A stretch of 64,000 nt of DNA, taken from an uncultured Gammaproteobacteria bacterium (GTDB lineage Bacteria; Patescibacteriota; Patescibacteriia; UBA9934; GWF2-40-263). Every line of letters starts with the position of its first letter. The stretch's first letter is position 1. The notes beneath the pieces were generated by a model, which worked only from the letters and a program-made list of their open reading frames with translations, was not told the DNA's origin and searched no databases. The stretch is taken from NCBI GenBank assembly GCA_964402425.1, contig CAYOCD010000002.1:27612-91611 (forward strand). Reading direction: 5' to 3'. This document shows, piece by piece, positions 19,000 to 28,184 of this stretch. Position numbers and translations under genes: made by a program.

Positions 19000-19482
19000 A
19001 TGCTACCATGGTTGCCTATGAATGTAGATTCGCTTAAGGCTGTTTATTTTGTTGCGGTAAAAGTATTTCTCGAAGATGGAAATGGGAATTTTTTGATAAC
19101 CAAAGATCGATTCGGAGATTGGGATATTCCTGGCGGACGCTTAAGAGAGGGAGACTTCGAAGTTCCGCTTGAGCAGATCGCTGAAAGAAAAATGAAAGAA
19201 GAGTTGGGTGAATCTGTTCAGTACCGTCTCGAAGAACCTGTTGTTATGATGCGTCATGAGCGGGATGAGATTCTTTTGACGGGGAAGCGAGAGAAGCGAA
19301 GAATTTTCGCCGTTGGTTATTGCGCACATTATTTCGGAGGCGATATTTCCCTTGGAAAGAACCATGAAAAATTTGAATGGGTTCCGATTATCACGTTTGA
19401 ACCAGAGAAGTATTTTACGGGAGGGTGGCTAAAAGGAGTAAAAGAATACCAACAAATTCGTTTAATTGCAGGTAGTCTCTAG
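19000..19482 (+). CDS. NUDIX hydrolase
   Basis: Nudix box PGGRLREGDFEVPLEQIAERKMKEELGE (GGx4Ex7 RExxEExGE-like). Confidence 0.6.
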   Translation: MLPWLPMNVDSLKAVYFVAVKVFLEDGNGNFLITKDRFGDWDIPGGRLREGDFEVPLEQIAERKMKEELGESVQYRLEEPVVMMRHERDEILLTGKREKRRIFAVGYCAHYFGGDISLGKNHEKFEWVPIITFEPEKYFTGGWLKGVKEYQQIRLIAGSL

Positions 19483-19580
19483 GGCTACTCGTCGAATAAA
19501 TAAACAATTTTGTCATAGCGGGGTTGTTTTCGTATCACGGTTCGTTGTGTATGATGTGTGCACTCACTCATATTTTATTT

Positions 19581-19745
19581 ATGATTTGTCCAAAATCCGG
19601 TTGTGGCTACGAAATGTCTGTTCAAAGTAGGGATGCATCTACCGATGCATATGGAGCACCAATTGAGCGTGTAGAGTATATGTGTTCGTTTGATTACACG
19701 CGTGTTGTTGTAGAAATCCCAAAAGATGCTGAGGCATCCTCATAA
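19581..19745 (+). CDS. small Cys-containing hypothetical protein
   Basis: ORF 19524..19745; the likely start is MICPKSGCGYEM, and a CxxxC...C pattern is present. Weak support. Confidence 0.25.
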   Translation: MICPKSGCGYEMSVQSRDASTDAYGAPIERVEYMCSFDYTRVVVEIPKDAEASS

Positions 19746-19751
19746 TTTTTT

Positions 19752-20021
19752 ATGACAGAAAATGAATGGATTGAGCATCTCCTTGCGGAGGGGTATGCAA
19801 ATTTAGTGTTTTTGGATGCGATGCCGCATGACCATGATGAAGAACATGCGCATGATCGAGATCATAAAATGATTATTTTTTCGGGAGATATAGAAATTAC
19901 GATTGGTTATGAGACGGTGCACCTTGGAGCACATGACTATTTTGAAATTCCTCGTGGAACTAATCATGTTGCACGTGTTGGAGCAGAGGGGTGTCGGTAT
20001 TTGATTGCAGAACGTTTATAA
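19752..20021 (+). CDS. cupin domain protein
   Basis: 89 aa with His-rich metal motifs HDHDEEHAHDRDH and GDIEITIGYE...HDYFEIPRGTNH, typical of the cupin_2 fold. Confidence 0.5.
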   Translation: MTENEWIEHLLAEGYANLVFLDAMPHDHDEEHAHDRDHKMIIFSGDIEITIGYETVHLGAHDYFEIPRGTNHVARVGAEGCRYLIAERL

Positions 20022-20025
20022 AAAA

Positions 20026-20043
20026 AACGCCATTTTGGCGTTT
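20026..20043 (-). terminator. terminator hairpin between the convergent cupin and HAD genes
   Basis: aacgcc-atttt-ggcgtt hairpin. On the minus strand it is followed by an 8-nt T-run (plus-strand A-run 20019-20026). Confidence 0.5.
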
Positions 20044-20704
20044 AGATGAGTGTCCGAAGTTCAAGAAGTGAATCGATGCGCATATGTACATGCGTAAGGT
20101 CATGTGTGCTTGGGTGCTCCATGTCCGGTTCCGGGAACCAGACTGTAGTCCACCCGAGTTTGTGAGGTGTGCGAAGATTGGTGTGCCAGTCTTCGATCAT
20201 GATAGGTTTCTCACAGGTAACAGGAATTCGGCGATAGCTTTCAGGATCTGGTTTTGCCACGCGACAATCATCCCGAATCGCATAAACTCCATCAAATACA
20301 TGTTCCAAGTCTAATTTGCGCAATATGGCATGAGCAAAGGATTCGGGGGAATTTGTGAGCAACCATTTCTTGCCAGGGAGTGTCCTTATGACTTCAATGC
20401 CTGGCCGTGCCTCGATCGAAAGTTCATGCAAGATAGGCAAGTGGGTTGCGTTTACAATCTCATCAAAATCGAGCTGAAATTCATGAAGATAGGCGATGAT
20501 GGTTTGTTTCGTGTGCCATTTCACCCTGAGTCGTTCTTGTTCGTCAATTTCCCAAGTTACGGGCAGACGCAGTGTTTGAATGAAATAGATCTTAAGCTCT
20601 TCTACGAGCCTATTCCATAATGCTCCAATGGGTGTATAGAGCGTACCATCCAAATCAAAAATCCAATCTTGGTGCACGGAGACCTCCTTTTTTGAAAAGA
20701 ACAA
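20042..20704 (-). CDS. HAD-superfamily hydrolase (nucleotidase/phosphatase-like)
   Basis: HAD motif I IFDLDGTLY, motif II LLTNS, and a C-terminal K...D..D region. Confidence 0.6.
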   Translation of the reverse strand: MFFSKKEVSVHQDWIFDLDGTLYTPIGALWNRLVEELKIYFIQTLRLPVTWEIDEQERLRVKWHTKQTIIAYLHEFQLDFDEIVNATHLPILHELSIEARPGIEVIRTLPGKKWLLTNSPESFAHAILRKLDLEHVFDGVYAIRDDCRVAKPDPESYRRIPVTCEKPIMIEDWHTNLRTPHKLGWTTVWFPEPDMEHPSTHDLTHVHMRIDSLLELRTLI

Positions 20705-20889
20705 GAATTGAAACTAGCACAGATCTGAAAAGTTGTCCACTTGCAGCCCTGATTGTTTTTGCTTATGATAGCGACGTTTTAATGAGTGCTATGGAGGTGA
20801 TAAAGGCAATAAATGTTATAAAGGCCGAAGGGTCTTCGTGATGTTAAAAAGCCTTTCAAGCCTTTATTGCTTTTATAGTCTTTTCCCTT

Positions 20890-22962
20890 ATGCAAACCTG
20901 GAAAACGAAACGGAAGTCTCAAAATACGCAAAAAACCCATAAACCATGGAAGGCGCGTGCGGCAACAATTGTGTTATTGCTCACGACCGTCATTGTTGGA
21001 TTTTATGATTTTCCACTTGCGTGGAATAAAACAGCTGGGTTCATAAAAGAAACCATCAATGTTTCATTGCCAACACGCAACGAACAAGCGTATCGTCTTG
21101 GTCTTGATTTGCAAGGTGGAACACACCTTGTGTATGAAGCGGACATGAAAGATATTTCGGAAAAGGAACGTGAAAACGCACTCGCAGGTGTACGTGATGT
21201 TATTGAACGTCGTGTTAATGCTTTTGGTGTTTCCGAGCCGCTTGTACAAACAACATCCACAGGAGGGGTCTATCGCGTTATTGTAGAGCTTGCGGGTGTT
21301 TTGGATGTGTCTGATGCCATTAATCAAATCGGAGAAACACCTGTTCTTGAATTTAAGGAACAGGGTGCAGAGCTTGATGTTAAACCAACTCCTGAAGATG
21401 AAAAGAAACTTCAAGAGTTGTTAAAAGCGGATCGTGCGGCCGCACAAGCTGTTCTTGCTCGTGCGCAAAAAGGAGAAAATTTTGAAAAACTTGTAGAAGA
21501 AGTCAGTGGAGATCCAACAAAAGCACAATCAAAAGGAATTATTGAAAAGCTCACAGCAGAATCTGTTCAGTATCCACAAATAGCAAAGGCGATTTCACAA
21601 AATCGACCTAGGGTTGGATCTGTATTTTGGAAAACGGTAGAAGAAGAAAATTCCATTGAAATTGTTAAGATATTAGAGAATACAAAAGTAAATAACATGC
21701 GCCTTTCGCACATTCTTATTTGTTTTGAAGGAAAACAAGGGTGTACAAGCAATACTTCCGCTTTAGATGCTAACATTCAAATTTCAAATTTGAAAAAAGA
21801 AGCAACAGCGGCAAATTTTGCAGAGCTCGCAAAAAAGAATTCAACTGATCCTAGTGCTGCATCAAATGGCGGAGATCTTGGATTTGCTACTTCAGAAACA
21901 TACGTTCCATCATTTGCGGCTGCAGCAGAGGCATTGGCCGTTGGTCAAATTTCAGATGTTGTCGAAACAGATTTTGGATATCACTTGATTTACAAGCAAG
22001 AACAAAAAGTATTGCCGGCGTATAAGGTGCAACACATCAGTATGAAGCGCTCGAGCATGTTGGACATCTTGCCACCTGCCTCTCCTTGGAAAAACACACA
22101 ACTTTCCGGAAAACAACTCGAAAATGCCGTTGTTGAATTCGATCCAAACAGTGGAACTCCAAATGTTGGAATTACATTTGATAAAGAAGGGGGAGACTTG
22201 TTTGGAACGTTAACAGCAGCAAACATTGGAAAACCAATTGCTATTTTTCTTGATGGAGAACCTATTTCGACACCAGTTGTTCAAGCGGCTATCTATGGCG
22301 GTCGAGCTGTGATTACAGGAGACTTCACATTAGATGAAGCAAAAATTTTGGCGCAACGATTAAACGCCGGTGCCCTTCCTGTTCCAGTTACTTTGCTTTC
22401 GCAACAAACGGTGGGTCCTACACTTGGAGCCTCCTCGCTTCAAATGAGTATTACAGCCGCTCTCATCGGATTTGCTCTTGTTGCAGGTTATATGATTGCG
22501 TATTACAGACTTGCAGGGTTGTTTTCTGTGATCGCCTTGATTCTGTATGCTTTTTTGAACCTTTCAATTTATCGCATCTTTGATGTCACTATCACCCTTT
22601 CTGGAATTGCAGGATTTATTCTGTCTCTTGGAATGGCTGTGGATGCAAACGTGCTCATTATTGAACGCATGAAAGAAGAAATCTCTGGCGGACGAGATCT
22701 CGCATCTGCCATTCAAGAAGGGTTTGCGCGTGCATGGCCAGCCATCAGAGATGGAAACGTCTCTACACTCGTTGTTGCGCTTGTGCTTTACATCTTCAGT
22801 GAAAGTTTCATTCGTGGATTTGCGCTCATGCTTGGAATCGGTGTTGTTGTGAGTTTGTTTACAGCCATTACAGCAACACGTGTTTACATGACAACCATTT
22901 TCCCAAAACGAGCAGTACTTATGGCTTGGCTTTCCGGTCTCTCTAAACCAAAAAACGTATGA
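20890..22962 (+). CDS. secD: protein translocase subunit SecD with an inserted tandem parvulin-type PPIase module in periplasmic domain P1
   Basis: SecD P1 head and base motifs (GLDLQGGTHLVY, VYRVIVELAGV, IAIFLDGEPISTPVVQAAIYGGRAVITG, LNAGALPVPV) and C-terminal TM helices. An insertion of about 240 aa between them contains a canonical parvulin domain: NFAELAKKNSTDPSAASNGGDLGF...DFGYHLIY. Confidence 0.8.
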   Translation: MQTWKTKRKSQNTQKTHKPWKARAATIVLLLTTVIVGFYDFPLAWNKTAGFIKETINVSLPTRNEQAYRLGLDLQGGTHLVYEADMKDISEKERENALAGVRDVIERRVNAFGVSEPLVQTTSTGGVYRVIVELAGVLDVSDAINQIGETPVLEFKEQGAELDVKPTPEDEKKLQELLKADRAAAQAVLARAQKGENFEKLVEEVSGDPTKAQSKGIIEKLTAESVQYPQIAKAISQNRPRVGSVFWKTVEEENSIEIVKILENTKVNNMRLSHILICFEGKQGCTSNTSALDANIQISNLKKEATAANFAELAKKNSTDPSAASNGGDLGFATSETYVPSFAAAAEALAVGQISDVVETDFGYHLIYKQEQKVLPAYKVQHISMKRSSMLDILPPASPWKNTQLSGKQLENAVVEFDPNSGTPNVGITFDKEGGDLFGTLTAANIGKPIAIFLDGEPISTPVVQAAIYGGRAVITGDFTLDEAKILAQRLNAGALPVPVTLLSQQTVGPTLGASSLQMSITAALIGFALVAGYMIAYYRLAGLFSVIALILYAFLNLSIYRIFDVTITLSGIAGFILSLGMAVDANVLIIERMKEEISGGRDLASAIQEGFARAWPAIRDGNVSTLVVALVLYIFSESFIRGFALMLGIGVVVSLFTAITATRVYMTTIFPKRAVLMAWLSGLSKPKNV

Positions 22963-23852
22963 AATTAAACATTGTTAAACATCGTAACGTTTGGTACTCC
23001 GTTTCAGCGTTTCTGATCCTTGTGAGTGTTATTGTTCTTTTTGCCTGGAAACTTCAGCCAGGAATTGATTTTACAGGCGGTTCATTACTTGAAGTCTCTA
23101 TTGCTTCACATCCAACACATACTGAAGTGCAAGATGTTGTCGTGAAAGCAGGCTACGCAGAAGCGATCGTTCAAATTTCTGATAAGAATGTTCTTGTTCG
23201 CACACAACCATTGAGTGAGGAACAACATCAGTCTGTACTTGCAGCGCTTAAAACGGCTTTTGGAGATACAACCGAGATGAGATTTGATTCAATTGGTCCT
23301 GTGATTGGAAATGAATTGCGCCGTACTGCTTTGTTTGGAATCGGAGCGAGTTTGATTCTCATTGGTTTTTACATTTCATGGGCTTTTCGCGGGGCTGGAG
23401 ATTTTATTTCCTCAAAAAAGATTGCTCTTCTTACAGTTGTTAAAACATTTCATGATGTGTTGATTTCTATCGGATTCTTTGCAATCCTCGCACATTTTTA
23501 TGGATATGAAATGGACACGGCGTTTGTGGCAGCTGCTCTTACTATTTTGGGATATTCCATTAACGATGGTGTTGTTGTGCTCGATCGTACTCGTGAGAAC
23601 TTGAAAAACAAAATCTCTACACATTTGAGTGTGGTTGTTGATAAGGCGATTGAACAAACGCTCGCAAGATCCATTAATACATCAGTGACTGTGTTTCTTG
23701 CATTGCTTTCTGTTTATCTTTTTGGAGGAGATACTACGCGCCCTTTCGCTCTTTTGCTTCTTATTGGTGTTGCGGTTGGTACGTATTCTTCCGTATTCAT
23801 TGCATCTCCAGCGCTTGTAACGTTGGAGAATTGGGGAAAAGGAAAAAAGTAA
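22959..23852 (+). CDS. secF: protein translocase subunit SecF
   Basis: Family N-terminus KHRNVWYSVSAFLI, GIDFTGGSLLEV and C-terminal TM bundle; ATGA overlap with secD. Confidence 0.85.
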   Translation: MKLNIVKHRNVWYSVSAFLILVSVIVLFAWKLQPGIDFTGGSLLEVSIASHPTHTEVQDVVVKAGYAEAIVQISDKNVLVRTQPLSEEQHQSVLAALKTAFGDTTEMRFDSIGPVIGNELRRTALFGIGASLILIGFYISWAFRGAGDFISSKKIALLTVVKTFHDVLISIGFFAILAHFYGYEMDTAFVAAALTILGYSINDGVVVLDRTRENLKNKISTHLSVVVDKAIEQTLARSINTSVTVFLALLSVYLFGGDTTRPFALLLLIGVAVGTYSSVFIASPALVTLENWGKGKK

Positions 23853-23886
23853 GTCGCGATAAAATTTTATTAAGGCCACAAAGAAT

Positions 23887-23929
23887 AAAATCCCGAGTTT
23901 CAAACAAGAAACTCGGGATTTTTTCTTTT
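23887..23929 (+). terminator. rho-independent terminator after secDF
   Basis: 15-bp stem aaaatcccgagtttc/gaaactcgggatttt, then tttcttttg. Confidence 0.65.
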
Positions 23930-24020
23930 GTGTTTTTTTGTTATACTGTTTGTGATTCCTTTTCGTTCAATTCCTCTTCTGTTTGTTTCAGAAGAGGTGA
24001 TCCTTCTTGATTTTTCGTCT

Positions 24021-25658
24021 ATGCTTCCCATGCTTGCGATTCAGATCATTGATCAATCCGCGCAATCTTCTCTTCCGTTGATTTCATCGTCTTTTTTTAA
24101 TCAACCGATTGACGTCATTTTTTTTAATCTACTGCTTTGGTTTGGGTGGATTCCAATCTTTTTTACGTTACTTTGGGGATTTTCAGAGTTGTGGCTTGCG
24201 GAGCGTCAAGCAGTTTTTGCGGCAAAACAAAAATACATTTTTCTTGCTGTTGATGTTCCTTCCATGACAGAGCAAACACCAAAAGCTTTGGAAAATTTGT
24301 TTTCTGTTTTATATACAGCAAAATCAAATCCAACGTTTAAGGAAAAATGGTTTGATGGAAAATTCATGCCAACGTTCTCTTTTGAAATTGTTTCAGAAGA
24401 AGGATACATGCAATTTATTATTCGGACACAAGAAAAATTTAGAGATGTGCTTGAGGCGGGTATTTATGCACAATATCCTGATGCAGAAATGAATGAGGTG
24501 CAAGATTATGCATCAAAAGTTCCTGCGCTTTACCCAAATGAAACATATGACATGTGGGGCGGTGAGTTTACGTTTGATAAAGAATCTTTTTTCCCCATTC
24601 GTACATACGTAGATTTTGAAGATCAAATGACTGGAGAAATTAAAGACCCGCTCGGATATACATTGGAACAAATGTCTAAAATGAGACCTGGAGAACATTT
24701 TTGGTTTCAGATGATTTTACAGCCATCAAACAATGATTGGAAAAAGGCTGGAGTTGCATACGTAAATAAAACATTTGGTGTTGAAGAGAAAGCGGCAAAA
24801 AAAGGAGAATTTTCTGCTGCGGCAACAACCGTATTTAAACTTCCATTTGAGCTCATAGAACATGCAACAGCTATTGATCTTGCGCCTATTTTTGGGATGG
24901 GCCCAGCAGAAAAAAAAGCGGAAGATCCATGGAAAGCGTTTAAGCTTGGTCCCGCACAACAAGATGAAGCAAAAGCGATCATGCGTAAAACAATCAAGGT
25001 TGGACACGGAGTAAAAATTCGCATTGTCTATTGTGCAAAAAAAGCTGCATACAAAAAGGGGGACCGTGTCACCATGATCAAAGGAATTCTGAATCAATAT
25101 TCACACCTGAATTTGAATTCCTTTAAGATGAACGCACCGTCCGTTCCAAAGGATGATTACTTCTGGCAAAAATGGGATTATGAAAAAAAACAAACTGTTC
25201 TCATGAAAGCTTATCAGGCCAGAAGTTGGTCTGTTGGAGCAAACCCAATTTTCTTGAATGCAGAAGAACTCGCAACGCTTTGGCACTTTCCAACCATTAG
25301 CACAAAGGCTCCGCTTATTAAAAAAGCAGAAGCGCGCCGCGCGGAACCTCCTGTTGGACTTCCTACAACATTTTTGGAAAATACGTTACCAGGCGTGGGG
25401 GACAACGAATTTCCTTCCACACTTCCTGGTTCCGTACCAATGGAACATCATGAATCTGCGGAGTCTCGTGGAGCGGGTACGTATGTTTCCGCAAAAGAAC
25501 CACTTCCAGAATCATTGCCACACGTGAAAGCCCCAACAGAAAGAGGCCGTGAAGAAACAGGGGATGTTCTCCTGTCAAAAAACCGTTTCATGCAAGACAC
25601 ATCTCCTGCAGATGCCTCTGATGAAGATTTATTTACCCCACCTGACTTGCCAGTTTAA
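24021..25658 (+). CDS. hypothetical membrane protein: N-terminal TM helices, large soluble domain, disordered acidic/Pro-rich tail
   Basis: ORF 23928..25658, but its first 90 nt overlap the secF terminator, so the start is placed at ATG 24021 (MLPMLAIQ). Hydrophobic helices IDVIFFNLLLWFGWIPIFFTLLWGF. No known domain. It ends 18 nt before the next ORF. Confidence 0.45.
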   Translation: MLPMLAIQIIDQSAQSSLPLISSSFFNQPIDVIFFNLLLWFGWIPIFFTLLWGFSELWLAERQAVFAAKQKYIFLAVDVPSMTEQTPKALENLFSVLYTAKSNPTFKEKWFDGKFMPTFSFEIVSEEGYMQFIIRTQEKFRDVLEAGIYAQYPDAEMNEVQDYASKVPALYPNETYDMWGGEFTFDKESFFPIRTYVDFEDQMTGEIKDPLGYTLEQMSKMRPGEHFWFQMILQPSNNDWKKAGVAYVNKTFGVEEKAAKKGEFSAAATTVFKLPFELIEHATAIDLAPIFGMGPAEKKAEDPWKAFKLGPAQQDEAKAIMRKTIKVGHGVKIRIVYCAKKAAYKKGDRVTMIKGILNQYSHLNLNSFKMNAPSVPKDDYFWQKWDYEKKQTVLMKAYQARSWSVGANPIFLNAEELATLWHFPTISTKAPLIKKAEARRAEPPVGLPTTFLENTLPGVGDNEFPSTLPGSVPMEHHESAESRGAGTYVSAKEPLPESLPHVKAPTERGREETGDVLLSKNRFMQDTSPADASDEDLFTPPDLPV

Positions 25659-25676
25659 CCAAGGATTTTTTGCCCT

Positions 25677-28178
25677 ATGGGTTACAATCACGATCACGAA
25701 AACGAGGTCAACTATTTTGCGAAGACAAACTTCCGAAATCAAATGACAAAATTTGGTATCAAAACCGACGATCGCCGTCGACACGTCTATGTGATTGGAA
25801 AAACAGGTATGGGTAAAACTGTGCTTCTTGAGAATTTTACCCTTTCTGATATTTACGCGGGGCACGGTTGCTGTTATGTAGACCCCCACGGAGATACGGC
25901 AGAAAAATTGATTAACTACATTCCAAGTTGGCGTATTAATGATGTTGTTTATTTCAATCCGTCTGATGCGGAATACCCAGTCGGGTTTAATATTCTTGAG
26001 GCGGTTTCAGAAAGACACAAACACCTTGTTGCAAGTGGAATGATGGGTGTGTTTAAAAAGATCTGGGAAGACCAATGGTCATCCCGTATGGAATACATTT
26101 TGAACAATACTATTCTTGCCTTGCTTGATAACCAAGGGTCAACACTTCTTGGAATTAACCGAATGTTATCAGACGCGGACTATCGCAAGCGGATTGTTTC
26201 AAATGTGACAGATCCTGTGGTGAAGCAATTCTGGTTGAGAGAGTTTGCTTCATATAATGAAAAGTATGCTCAGGAAGCCGTTGCTCCAATTCAAAACAAA
26301 ATCGGACAGTTTTTGTCTGCGTCTGTTATCAGAAACATTGTTGCGCAGGTGAAATCTAGTATCAACATTCGTGAAATCATGGATTCCGGAAAGATTTTTA
26401 TTGTGAACTTGTCAAAGGGGCGTATCGGAGAAGACAGTTCTCGATTGCTTGGAGGATTGTTGATCACAAAATTGCAATTGTCCGCCATGGAGCGCGTAGA
26501 CATGCAAGAAAAAGATCGTTTGGACTTTTATCTCTATGTTGATGAGTTTCAAAACTTTGCCGTGGATTCTTTTGCTGGAATTTTGTCAGAGGCGCGTAAA
26601 TATCGTTTGTGTTTGACCATTGCTCACCAGTATATTGCTCAGCTCACTGATGAAGTGCGTGAGGCTGTTTTTGGAAACGTTGGAACGATTATTTCGTTTC
26701 GTGTTGGTTCTCCAGACGCAAAATACATGGAAACAGAATTTGCCCCACGTTTTTTGCCAGAGGACATTATTAATTTGCCAAAGTATAACGTGTACTTAAA
26801 GTTGCTCATTAACGGAGTTACAAGTCAGCCATTTTCCGCTATCACCCTTCCTCCTATTTCTCAAAAGACGGATTCTGAAGAGCGTGTGATTCGCGTTTCG
26901 CGTGAACGTTATGCAAAAGAACGCAGTTTTATTGAAAATCAAATTTTGACATGGAGCGGAATGGGGGATATGGATGTTGATACCATGCTGGCAGAAGCGG
27001 AAGAAAAAAAGAAATCTGACAAAGTGGCTGCAAAAGATGCAAAGAAACCAAAATTTGAGTACGACTGTTCGCGTTGTGCAAAAAAGATGGTGCTTCCCGT
27101 TGAACTTGATAGATCCCGTCCTATTTACTGTGAGGATTGTATTGAGATTGTTCGTGAAGAGAAAAATAATCGTGCTGGAAAAGGAGGGGGTAAGCCAGCG
27201 GATACACGAAATCTTCCACCAAAAGTTCTGCCAAAAGAGGCACCACCTCGCGCGATAAATGAAGGAAAAGAGATGGAGGATCGCCGCCTTCCGGATGAAC
27301 CTACTATTTCACTTTCAACATTGATGCCAAAAGGGGTAGAAGAAAAAAAGGAAGTCATAGAGCAAAAAAAGGTAGAACCAACTCCCGCACCCGCTGTTCA
27401 AAAAATAGAGCCAGTTCTTATTCCACCTGCTGGGTCCCATAGAGTATCTGTTGCCGAACCACAGAAAGCACCTGTCATTGCTCCAAAACAAGCTGTTGAA
27501 TCACCCAAAATAATGGAGTCAATTGTTCGCGTTGAACAAAAACCTATCGTGACAGAGTCTCGCATAACATTTGATCAGCCAGTAAAACACGTAGAGGTGC
27601 AACAAACAGAATCTCGTTCAGCTACCATCGAAAAAACGCCACCAACGACATCAGAACAGCCAAGAGTTGTTCCGCAACCCGTTCGTTCCATGGGAAATTT
27701 ATCTCGTACACCCGCGCAAGCTTCTAATGAATTTTCGTCGACTGGATTAATCACCCCGACAAGGGAAGGTGAAAAGCGAAAGCGAAAGCGTAAACGTAAG
27801 AAAAAAACAGGAGACAGTTCCGTAAATAGAGAATCAATCACCGTACAACTTTCCCAACCGGGACAGACGATTTCTCTTAAGAGTCTGCAAGAACAAAAAA
27901 GACCAGAGTGGACTGAACAATCAAGGAAAGAACAGACTTCTGTCGTCACAAAACTAGTTGAAAAAACAGTTGAGCAATCAATAGAACAACCTGTCGCAAA
28001 GACTGTTGAACCTATTGTAAATAAACAGACTTCTGTTGTTATAAAACAAGTTGAAAAAACAGTTGAACAACCAACGGAACAGCCCGTTGCCAAGTCTGTT
28101 GAACCTGTTGTTCAAAAACCAATTGAGCAATCTACAAGTGGTAAATTATACATTGGCCAGAGTATTAAGTTTGAATAG
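25677..28178 (+). CDS. FtsK-HerA superfamily ATPase resembling type IV coupling proteins (VirD4/TraD/TraG-like), with a C-terminal zinc ribbon and repetitive charged tail
   Basis: Walker A VIGKTGMGKTVL, Walker B LDFYLYVDEFQNF, and ARKYRLCLTIAHQYIAQL (coupling-protein C-terminal signature). Zinc ribbon CSRCAKKMVLPVELDRSRPIYCEDC. KRKRKRKRKKK tract and two 31-aa tandem repeats. Confidence 0.6.
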   Translation: MGYNHDHENEVNYFAKTNFRNQMTKFGIKTDDRRRHVYVIGKTGMGKTVLLENFTLSDIYAGHGCCYVDPHGDTAEKLINYIPSWRINDVVYFNPSDAEYPVGFNILEAVSERHKHLVASGMMGVFKKIWEDQWSSRMEYILNNTILALLDNQGSTLLGINRMLSDADYRKRIVSNVTDPVVKQFWLREFASYNEKYAQEAVAPIQNKIGQFLSASVIRNIVAQVKSSINIREIMDSGKIFIVNLSKGRIGEDSSRLLGGLLITKLQLSAMERVDMQEKDRLDFYLYVDEFQNFAVDSFAGILSEARKYRLCLTIAHQYIAQLTDEVREAVFGNVGTIISFRVGSPDAKYMETEFAPRFLPEDIINLPKYNVYLKLLINGVTSQPFSAITLPPISQKTDSEERVIRVSRERYAKERSFIENQILTWSGMGDMDVDTMLAEAEEKKKSDKVAAKDAKKPKFEYDCSRCAKKMVLPVELDRSRPIYCEDCIEIVREEKNNRAGKGGGKPADTRNLPPKVLPKEAPPRAINEGKEMEDRRLPDEPTISLSTLMPKGVEEKKEVIEQKKVEPTPAPAVQKIEPVLIPPAGSHRVSVAEPQKAPVIAPKQAVESPKIMESIVRVEQKPIVTESRITFDQPVKHVEVQQTESRSATIEKTPPTTSEQPRVVPQPVRSMGNLSRTPAQASNEFSSTGLITPTREGEKRKRKRKRKKKTGDSSVNRESITVQLSQPGQTISLKSLQEQKRPEWTEQSRKEQTSVVTKLVEKTVEQSIEQPVAKTVEPIVNKQTSVVIKQVEKTVEQPTEQPVAKSVEPVVQKPIEQSTSGKLYIGQSIKFE
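27934..28117 (+). repeat. tandem direct repeat, 2 x 92 bp, inside the coding tail of the ATPase
   Basis: cagacttctgtcgtcacaaaactagttgaaaaaacagttgagcaa... recurs from 28026 with about 85% identity. It encodes TSVVTKLVEKTVEQSIEQPVAKTVEPIVNKQ / TSVVIKQVEKTVEQPTEQPVAKSVEPVVQKP. Confidence 0.7.
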
Positions 28179-28184
28179 AACGCC

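Noticed and set aside
27575-28093. 172-aa minus-strand ORF antisense to the ATPase tail
   Set aside because: It is generated by the tandem repeat and low-complexity sequence of the sense gene.
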